The notes under the pieces are model-generated. The model did not search any database. It was not told where the DNA came from and worked only from the letters and a program-made list of their open reading frames with translations. From assembly GCA_038230215.1 (NCBI GenBank), contig JBBRNR010000001.1, positions 428,498 through 492,497 of the forward strand: 64,000 nt of DNA, in the 5' to 3' direction. The translations under genes and the position numbers were made by a program. Positions within the stretch are counted from its first letter, which is position 1. Each line of letters opens with the position of its first letter. This stretch comes from Chthoniobacterales bacterium (lineage in GTDB: Bacteria; Verrucomicrobiota; Verrucomicrobiia; Chthoniobacterales; DASVRZ01). Shown here in pieces: positions 57,306 to 64,000 of this stretch.

Positions 57306-58795
57306 TGGCTACTTCCGACATGCTTGTAATGGGGCCGAACCCCACCGCCGAGGAACCGCTGCCGCGCATTCCTCTCGTCCTCAACAACCGCTCGATGGCT
57401 TGGGTCACTCAGCGTATCTGCGGCATCGTGGAAGGCCCGACGCCGCTCTGGTGGTTCATCGCGCTGGCGATCTGCGGCACACTGGCCCTCATCTGTTTTT
57501 CCTGCATCGGCTACCTTATTTCCACCGGCATCGGTGTCTGGGGATTGAACCATCCTGTCGGCTGGGCGTGGGACATCACGAATTTCGTGTTCTGGATCGG
57601 CATCGGCCACGCCGGAACGTTGATTTCGGCAGTTCTGTTTCTGACTCGTCAGAAATGGCGCACGTCGATCAACCGCGCCTCGGAGGCGATGACTCTTTTT
57701 GCGGTGGTGTGCGCCGGTATTTTCCCAGGCGTTCACGTCGGACGCATCTGGATGGTCTGGTTTCTTGCGCCGATCCCAAATGCCAATGGCATCTGGCCCA
57801 ACTTCAAATCACCGCTGCTTTGGGACGTGTTTGCGGTGTCCACTTATTTCACCGTCTCCGTGATGTTCTGGTTCGTCGGACTGATTCCCGATCTGGCAAC
57901 GCTACGGGATCGCGCCACGAGCAAAATTGCTCGGTTTGCCTACGGTTTTCTCGCGCTCGGCTGGCGCGGAGGCAATCGTCAATGGCGTCACTACGAGCTG
58001 GCTTATTTGATTCTTGCCGGTATCTCAACTCCTCTCGTGCTTTCGGTCCACTCCGTTGTGTCCTTCGACTTCGCGACTTCGGTCATTCCGGGGTGGCACA
58101 CAACGATTTTCCCACCGTATTTTGTGGCGGGCGCCATCTTCGGTGGCTTCGCCATGGTGCTCACGCTCATGCTTCCTGCCCGGGCAATTTATGGATTGCA
58201 CGATTTGATCACCCCGAAGCACGTCGATGTGATGTGCAAGATCATCCTCCTCACCGGCAGCATCGTGGGTTACGCATATTGCATGGAGTTTTTCACGGCA
58301 GCCTACTCGGGTAATCCGTATGAAACCTGGCTCTTCTTACGTAACCGCATGGCCGATCCTTATATTTTCAGCAAGCTCTACAACGTGCCAGTAGCCCCGT
58401 ATTGGTGGGCCTACTGGGCCATGATGTCGCTCAATGTCATCTCTCCCCAGATCTTCTGGTGGCCAAAAATGCGCTACAACATCTGGGTCGTTTTCGCCGT
58501 CTGCATGTGCGTCAACGCAGGCATGTGGTTCGAGCGCTTTGTCATCATCGTCACCTCCATCCACCGCGATTTCGTACCTTCTTCGTGGGGCATGTTCCAT
58601 CCGACTTGGGTCGATATCTGGACTTTCACCGGGACTTTCGGTTTGTTCATGACGTTATTCCTGCTTTTCATCCGCTTCCTACCGATGATCGCGATCTCCG
58701 AGGTGAAAGGCGTCCTGCCCGAAGCCGACCCGCATTATCATCCCAAAAAGGGCGATCACGAAAACCAGCCTGTCACCACGGGATTGCACTACTAA
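57305..58795 (+). CDS. actC: alternative complex III subunit ActC (NrfD/PsrC-like quinol-interacting membrane subunit)
   Basis: About 10 transmembrane segments. The NrfD-like [27 protein letters not shown] motif. Start overlaps the actB stop (TAATG). Confidence 0.9.
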   Translation: MATSDMLVMGPNPTAEEPLPRIPLVLNNRSMAWVTQRICGIVEGPTPLWWFIALAICGTLALICFSCIGYLISTGIGVWGLNHPVGWAWDITNFVFWIGIGHAGTLISAVLFLTRQKWRTSINRASEAMTLFAVVCAGIFPGVHVGRIWMVWFLAPIPNANGIWPNFKSPLLWDVFAVSTYFTVSVMFWFVGLIPDLATLRDRATSKIARFAYGFLALGWRGGNRQWRHYELAYLILAGISTPLVLSVHSVVSFDFATSVIPGWHTTIFPPYFVAGAIFGGFAMVLTLMLPARAIYGLHDLITPKHVDVMCKIILLTGSIVGYAYCMEFFTAAYSGNPYETWLFLRNRMADPYIFSKLYNVPVAPYWWAYWAMMSLNVISPQIFWWPKMRYNIWVVFAVCMCVNAGMWFERFVIIVTSIHRDFVPSSWGMFHPTWVDIWTFTGTFGLFMTLFLLFIRFLPMIAISEVKGVLPEADPHYHPKKGDHENQPVTTGLHY

Positions 58796-58798
58796 TTT

Positions 58799-59353
58799 AT
58801 GGCTGCCACCGCTGAACGACGCAAAATTTACGGACTGGGCGCACGCTTTTCGAGTGCGACCGAGATTTACGAAGCCGCCAAAAAAATTCGTGATAAAGGA
58901 TTCCGTCGTTGGGATGTTCACACCCCCTACCCAGTCCACGGAATGGACGCCGCCATGGGTCTGAAGCATTCCATTTTGGGCAAAATCGTGTTTTGCGGTG
59001 GAATTACCGGATTCACCACAGCCGTTTGTTTGGAGTTTATTCCATCCAGTATTCTTTACCCGTTGATCGTTCATGGAAAACCAACTGGCCTTTTTACCGT
59101 TCCAGCTTTTTTCCCGATCATGTTCGAGTTGACGATCCTGTTTTCAGCGTTCACCGCCGTCGGCACCATGTTCGTGCTCAACGGATTGCCGCGCTGGCAT
59201 CATCCTGTCTTTAACTGGGATGGCTTTGGCCAGTTTAGCGACGACGGTTTTATGATGATCATCGAAGCAGCCGATCCAAAATTTACCGAACAGGGAACCT
59301 CGGAACTCCTCGCTGAGCTGGGCGCCAAGGATATAACGCTGATTCACGAATAA
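58799..59353 (+). CDS. actD: alternative complex III subunit ActD (DUF3341)
   Basis: Its position in the operon, its size of 184 aa, and the YGLGARFSSATEIYEAAKKIRDKGFRRWDVHTPYPVHG pattern typical of DUF3341. Confidence 0.8.
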   Translation: MAATAERRKIYGLGARFSSATEIYEAAKKIRDKGFRRWDVHTPYPVHGMDAAMGLKHSILGKIVFCGGITGFTTAVCLEFIPSSILYPLIVHGKPTGLFTVPAFFPIMFELTILFSAFTAVGTMFVLNGLPRWHHPVFNWDGFGQFSDDGFMMIIEAADPKFTEQGTSELLAELGAKDITLIHE

Positions 59354-59359
59354 ACGACG

Positions 59360-60031
59360 ATGCGTTACTTTTTTCTCATTTTACTTTTGGTCGGCATCGG
59401 TGTGATCGCGGGGGCGGGTTTCCGTGGATCCATCTCCCGCAAACCGCCCACGGAGATTTTTCCCGACATGGATCGCCAGGTCAAATATAAGCCCCAGAAA
59501 ACGAGCGAGTTCTTTGCCGATGGACGCGTCGAACGTCCGCCGGTCCTGGGCACGGTTCCTTTTGGATACAACGAACCTCGCAAACCCATTCCCGGCCAGA
59601 ACACCGGCCCCGGTCTCTATAAAGGATTCAGCCAGGGTGACGACTATCTCAACACCGGTAAAATGGGTGCCAACTGGGGCAGCGGCATTCCCGTTCCGGT
59701 GAATGAGGACCTCCTCAATCGCGGACATCAGCGCTTTCAAATCAATTGCGCTGTCTGCCACGGAGCAACGGGCGCTGGCAACGGTATCACCACTCAATAC
59801 GGCTTGGTCGGCGTCCCAACTTATCATCAGGATCGTCTCCGCAACATGGCCGACGGGGAAATTTACAATACCATTGTGCATGGTAAAAACACCATGATGC
59901 CCTACGGCGATAAAGTGACTCGTGAGGATCGCTGGGCCATTGTGGCCTATGTCCGCGCCTTGCAACGTGCGCAAAATGCTGCAAAAACCGACGTTCCAGC
60001 AGACGTTCTAGCCAAATTGGAGGCCAAGTGA
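59360..60031 (+). CDS. actE: alternative complex III subunit ActE, monoheme cytochrome c
   Basis: Single CAVCHG heme motif with downstream Met (NTMMPYG). N-terminal transmembrane/signal segment. Confidence 0.8.
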   Translation: MRYFFLILLLVGIGVIAGAGFRGSISRKPPTEIFPDMDRQVKYKPQKTSEFFADGRVERPPVLGTVPFGYNEPRKPIPGQNTGPGLYKGFSQGDDYLNTGKMGANWGSGIPVPVNEDLLNRGHQRFQINCAVCHGATGAGNGITTQYGLVGVPTYHQDRLRNMADGEIYNTIVHGKNTMMPYGDKVTREDRWAIVAYVRALQRAQNAAKTDVPADVLAKLEAK

Positions 60032-61260
60032 GCGACCATACTATTACCTTACCGAAAGCGGAGCAGTTTGACTCCAAAGCTACCAGTCGACTCAGCTTTT
60101 CCGCCGCCGTGGTGGGAATTATTGGACTGATCATCGCTACAATTTACGGCTTCCGGGCGACTCACGATGTTCTGCTAGCCAAGCAGTTTGCCTTTTCCGC
60201 GCTCTTCGGATTTCTCTTCTTCTTCACCATTCTGGCCGGTTCGCTCTTCTGGATCATCATCCACCATGCCACCGACGCCGCCTGGTCGGTCGTGGTCCGG
60301 CGGCAGATGGAAAATCTGGCGTCCTTGATGCCTTACCTAGCTCTGTTTTTTATTCCCATCGTGCTCTTCCGCACCACGATCTGGGAGTGGTTGAGCGTCG
60401 ATCCGGCACATGACCCGGTTTTCGCGAGCAAGACTTGGTATTTTTATCCAGTGATCGCCGGCGTGAAGATTCCACTCTTCTGGATTCGCTCCGTTTTCTA
60501 CTTCGCCTTTTTCACGTTCTTTGCCCGCACTTTCCGCAGCCATTCCGCCGCGCAGGACGCCACGGGCGACATCAAACACAGCTTGAAAATGCGCACCAAA
60601 TCCTATCGCGCACTTCCCCTTTTTGCACTTTCGATCACCTTCGCTGGTATCGATTGGGTCATGGCCCTCAACTATAAATGGTACTCCACCATGTGGGGTG
60701 TTTACATTTTCGCCGGTTCCGCGCTCGCTTCCATGGCCGTGCTCATACTTGTCATCACCGGCTTGAAAAAGCTTGGCTATCTTCAGGTCGTCAATATGGA
60801 GCATTACCATATTATGGGGAAATTTCTCCTGACCTTCTCCATTTTCTGGGCCTACATCGGCTTCTCGCAATACATGCTCATCTGGTATGCGAACATCCCG
60901 GAGGAAACCGAATACTTCCTCCTCCGCAATACCGAGAGCTGGAACACGCTGAATATTTTCCTCGTTGTCGGGCACTTTTTCATTCCGTTCCTGATGCTGC
61001 TCTTCCGTTTCGTGAAGAAAGTTCCCACCATTCTGAGTTGGATCGCCATCTGGATCCTGTGCATGCATTTCCTGGATATTTACATCATCGTCCTGCCAAA
61101 CATCCACCACGCCGGGTTTGCGCCGCACATCCTCGATCTGATTTGTCCGATCACCATCGGCTGCTTCCTCGTCGTCGCCTTCCTCTATGAAGTCGGCAAG
61201 CGTTCCTTGTTTCCCGCTCGCGATCCGCGTCTGGTGGAATGCCTCAAACTGACCAACTAA
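60028..61260 (+). CDS. actF: alternative complex III subunit ActF (second NrfD-like membrane subunit)
   Basis: GTG start overlaps the actE stop. About 9-10 transmembrane segments. The position after actE is as in described ACIII operons. Confidence 0.8.
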   Translation: MSDHTITLPKAEQFDSKATSRLSFSAAVVGIIGLIIATIYGFRATHDVLLAKQFAFSALFGFLFFFTILAGSLFWIIIHHATDAAWSVVVRRQMENLASLMPYLALFFIPIVLFRTTIWEWLSVDPAHDPVFASKTWYFYPVIAGVKIPLFWIRSVFYFAFFTFFARTFRSHSAAQDATGDIKHSLKMRTKSYRALPLFALSITFAGIDWVMALNYKWYSTMWGVYIFAGSALASMAVLILVITGLKKLGYLQVVNMEHYHIMGKFLLTFSIFWAYIGFSQYMLIWYANIPEETEYFLLRNTESWNTLNIFLVVGHFFIPFLMLLFRFVKKVPTILSWIAIWILCMHFLDIYIIVLPNIHHAGFAPHILDLICPITIGCFLVVAFLYEVGKRSLFPARDPRLVECLKLTN

Positions 61261-61270
61261 CCCTGACACC

Positions 61271-61651
61271 ATGGTCTCTTCTGAATTATCCGATCACAAA
61301 CCCGGCGTGCTGACCGCCTTTCGCGTTCTCGGCGCCTTCTTCTCGGCTGCGATCATCGTCGCTCTAATACTCTGGGCCACCCGCGGCACCACCACTTACG
61401 ATCCCGACCGCTCCACCAAACGTTACGCGAACCTGAAAAAGCTGAACGATGATAACGCCAAAAAAACGGGCGAATATGCCGTGGTTGATAAAGCCAAGGG
61501 CATTTACCAGCTTCCGATCAAGGCCGCCATCACATTGACCGTTAAGGACTTAGCGAAAGTCCAACCGCATCCTGCGTATCCCGTGGTCACGGCTCCAGCC
61601 GCGCCTGCCGCCGCGCCATCTCCAGTCGCAACACCTGCCGCCCAACCATGA
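61271..61651 (+). CDS. single-pass membrane protein linking the ACIII and cbb3-like genes
   Basis: The 126-aa protein has one transmembrane segment (VLGAFFSAAIIVALILWA) and a Pro/Ala-rich tail. Its stop overlaps the next start (ATGA). Confidence 0.5.
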   Translation: MVSSELSDHKPGVLTAFRVLGAFFSAAIIVALILWATRGTTTYDPDRSTKRYANLKKLNDDNAKKTGEYAVVDKAKGIYQLPIKAAITLTVKDLAKVQPHPAYPVVTAPAAPAAAPSPVATPAAQP

Positions 61652-63138
61652 GTGCCATTCTTGCCGAACCCGAATTGACCCCGACTCTGACCTCCTATCC
61701 AAAGGTCAGCGAGGCCGACATGCGCGCTCGCAGGGAACTCGACGCTTCCGCTTCCGGCCCCGTTGCCCTCCTTTTCACCTTTGGCATTCTCTGGCTGGTC
61801 GCTTGGAGCGTGCTCAATCTCATCCTGACTTGGAAACTGCTCTCACCAGACTTCTTATCGAGTTACAGCTTTCTCACCTTCGGTCGTCTGCGTCCCATCG
61901 CGACCAGTATGTTTGCCTACGGCTGGGCATCTTGCGCGGGAATGGGCGTCTCGCTCTGGCTCATGGTTCGCCTCTGCCGGGTTAAACTTCGCTCACCGCT
62001 CTCCGTCGTCATCGGCACCCTGATCTGGAATGCTGGACTTTTCGCAGGCATTGTGGCGATTCACCTCGGCTACGGTCGTTCGATGGAATACCTGGAACTC
62101 CCGGTTTGGTCACAACTCACCATGTTGGGTGGTTTTTCCATCATCGGAATTTGGATCGTTGGCCTCTTTTATAATCGCCGTGAGGGCACCGGATTCATCA
62201 CCCAAGCCTACGTGACAGCCGCCTTCATATGGATGGCTTGGACGCTTCTCGCGGCGAACATTTTCGCTGCTATGCCTTGGGTGCACGGCGTGATCATTGC
62301 CATTAATAACGCCTGGTTCATCAGCGGCATCACCCATTATTGGTTCACTGCCATCGGACTTGGAGCGGCCTTTTACCTCATCCCGAAAGTCACGGGACGT
62401 CCGATTCACAGCTACTATCTCGCGAATCTCGGCTTCTGGGGTTTTGCGTTTCTAGCCGGTTGGGGCGGCTTGCAACGTTATAACGGAGGTCCTATTCCGA
62501 CATGGTTGATTACGTTGAACATTGTGGCCACCGCCCTGACCATCATTCCAGTCGCGACGGTGGCGGTGAACCACCATTTTACCATGGCTGGCGGGGCTCA
62601 TCAGATGATGCATTACAGCCCTACCCTGCGTTTCACGGTTGTCGGCGCGATGGCTTACACGGTTTCCTCCTTGACCGCGATCCTCTTGTCCCTACGCACC
62701 GTCGCCTCGGAAACCGGGCTGACGTATGTCAACCTCGCCCAAAGTCATCTTGTGCTTTACGCGTTTTTCACCTTCATCATGTTCGGCGCAATCTACTTCA
62801 TCGTCCCGCGGTTGGTGGGCCGCGAGTGGGTTTCGGCTACTTTCATTCGATTCCATTTCTGGGGCACGGCTTACGGTATAGGCCTGACCATTATTACACT
62901 GACCATCGCCGGACTTTTCCAAGGAAAAGACTGGGCCAACGCGCTGGTCGACAATACCACAATCGTCCAGACCACTCTGCCGCTGCTCCGTGGCTCGATC
63001 ATCGGCGCTTTGCTACTGCTTGGCGGTCATCTTATTTTCGCCCTCCATTTTTTGTTGATGATTCTGCGCCTCGGCCAGATCAGCGACGAACCTACGCTCA
63101 TGGCCCAGCTGCACTCGGAGGAGTGCTCACTAAAATGA
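61648..63138 (+). CDS. CcoN-like heme-copper oxidase subunit I homologue lacking canonical His ligands
   Basis: About 12 transmembrane segments and the CcoN-specific block FGRLRP. The following residues read IATS where CcoN has (L)HT(N/S). AGWGGLQRY sits where AGPHHLHY is expected. AQSHLV sits where GHVH is expected. Confidence 0.65.
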   Translation: MSAILAEPELTPTLTSYPKVSEADMRARRELDASASGPVALLFTFGILWLVAWSVLNLILTWKLLSPDFLSSYSFLTFGRLRPIATSMFAYGWASCAGMGVSLWLMVRLCRVKLRSPLSVVIGTLIWNAGLFAGIVAIHLGYGRSMEYLELPVWSQLTMLGGFSIIGIWIVGLFYNRREGTGFITQAYVTAAFIWMAWTLLAANIFAAMPWVHGVIIAINNAWFISGITHYWFTAIGLGAAFYLIPKVTGRPIHSYYLANLGFWGFAFLAGWGGLQRYNGGPIPTWLITLNIVATALTIIPVATVAVNHHFTMAGGAHQMMHYSPTLRFTVVGAMAYTVSSLTAILLSLRTVASETGLTYVNLAQSHLVLYAFFTFIMFGAIYFIVPRLVGREWVSATFIRFHFWGTAYGIGLTIITLTIAGLFQGKDWANALVDNTTIVQTTLPLLRGSIIGALLLLGGHLIFALHFLLMILRLGQISDEPTLMAQLHSEECSLK

Positions 63139-63821
63139 AATATTTCTTTCCCGGCATCTTCGGAGCCTTTCTTCTCGGCTGGATCGTCCAGATCGGAATT
63201 CCTTACGCCAGTCTGGCCAAACTCGACCCCGTCGTCGATCCAGACACGAACGAGCCCTATCCCTACAATGTCGCCGGACTCGCCCAGCAAGGCCGCGCTG
63301 TTTACGCCGCCAACGGTTGCGTGAGCTGCCACACCCAGCAAGTACGCGCCGCTTACATGGGTGCCGACGTGGATCGTCATTGGGGCACGCGTCAGAGCGT
63401 CGCTCGCGATTATCTCTACGAGGACGCTGTTTTCCTCGGGTCACTCCGCGCCGGCCCTGATCTGAGCAGTGTCGGAGCGCGTGATGTCGCAGGCACCAAG
63501 GCCCCAGACCTCGGCTCAGTGGAGGCCCGGGCAAAAAACGCCCAGTGGCATTACGTGCATCTTTACAATCCACGGATTGTGCAGCCGAAGTCGAACATGC
63601 CGTCGTTTTCCTACCTGTTCGACACCAAGAAAATCAAAGGCGAACGCTCCGCCAAAGCCCTCGATCTTCCCCCACCTTACAGCGCGACCGATGGCTATGA
63701 GATCGTTCCCACTCCAGAAGCGGAAGCTCTCGTTGGCTATCTGCTTTCCCTTAATAAAAATCACGACGTGCCCGAAATGAAAGGCGCTCCCGCCCCGGCC
63801 AAGGCCAACCAGGCAAAGTAA
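63135..63821 (+). CDS. ccoO: cbb3-type cytochrome c oxidase subunit II (CcoO), monoheme
   Basis: Start at ATG 63135 overlaps the upstream stop (ATGA). GRAVYAANGCVSCHTQQVR, LRAGPDLSSVG, WHYVHLYNPRIVQPKSNMPSF are canonical CcoO blocks. Confidence 0.8.
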   Translation: MKYFFPGIFGAFLLGWIVQIGIPYASLAKLDPVVDPDTNEPYPYNVAGLAQQGRAVYAANGCVSCHTQQVRAAYMGADVDRHWGTRQSVARDYLYEDAVFLGSLRAGPDLSSVGARDVAGTKAPDLGSVEARAKNAQWHYVHLYNPRIVQPKSNMPSFSYLFDTKKIKGERSAKALDLPPPYSATDGYEIVPTPEAEALVGYLLSLNKNHDVPEMKGAPAPAKANQAK

Positions 63822-63824
63822 ACC

Positions 63825-64000
63825 ATGAACGAGCCTACCAATAAAATTCCCGAGTTCCTCATTCCTCAGAAATATCCGAAGAATGAAATGGGCGGAAAAA
63901 TGGATTACGACGAATCCTCCGACATCGCCCGTCTGCATGGCGCGGTCGGTCGCGAGAAGGACGAGCCCGGCTACGACGGTGTTAACAAAGCCGTTCCCGG
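63825..64000 (+). CDS. 5' part of a further gene (possibly CcoP/FixP-N-like), truncated by the window end
   Basis: The ATG at 63825 lies 4 nt after the ccoO stop. Translation is MNEPTNKIPEFLIPQKYPKNEMGGKMDYDESSDIARLHGAVGREKDEPGYDGVNKAVP.... The YDG(V/I) segment is reminiscent of the FixP N-terminal motif. Confidence 0.35.
   Translation, partial: MNEPTNKIPEFLIPQKYPKNEMGGKMDYDESSDIARLHGAVGREKDEPGYDGVNKAVP

Overview
GC-rich (by eye about 55-60% GC) bacterial chromosomal segment. It holds about 60 protein genes and one RNase P RNA; I saw no rRNA, tRNA, CRISPR array or transposase. The gene content suggests a PVC-group / Verrucomicrobiota-like organism, but this is inference only. The supporting genes are an alternative complex III operon joined to a cbb3-like module, a futalosine-pathway Mqn protein, a DUF4388 response regulator, a caspase-TPR protein, and many GC shadow ORFs.

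Gene order:
- OMP-Wza-Wzc polysaccharide export, then mutS.
- HExxH protein, 49-aa ORF and ATP-grasp protein.
- aas-like gene, GT39-like transferase, dipeptide epimerase, purC, xerD.
- Mqn protein, Nudix hydrolase, BtpA.
- CreC-like kinase, unknown secreted protein, CreD-like protein.
- LptF/G and dusB.
- Caspase-TPR protein divergent from an NlpC/P60 lipoprotein.
- gpmI divergent from a degenerate alkaline-phosphatase homologue.
- Small protein ending in QLDLF, then a sigma-70 factor.
- Response regulator-DUF4388, Roadblock and kinase-like operon.
- Sulfotransferase/glycosyltransferase cluster.
- leuS, rdgB, a repeat-rich orphan island, tal, rnpB.
- actABCDEF followed by a CcoN-like protein, CcoO and a partial third gene.

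Most unusual observations:
1. Two sharply delimited islands (12603-21905, and the leuS body 44359-46679) carry the pentamer CTAAC/GTTAG at about 15-30 times the density of the flanks. The motif is written through coding sequence in all codon phases and on both strands.
2. A possible RiPP-like trio: 49-aa ORF, HExxH protein and ATP-grasp protein.
3. A CcoN-like subunit that seems to lack the canonical heme and CuB histidine ligands, directly behind an intact ACIII operon.
4. An alkaline-phosphatase homologue with the nucleophile and metal ligands replaced.
5. Two repeat families: 42-bp tandem units with a conserved tail, and long perfect inverted repeats of 24-32 bp.

All counts were made by eye and all homology calls come from motif recognition, not from searches.
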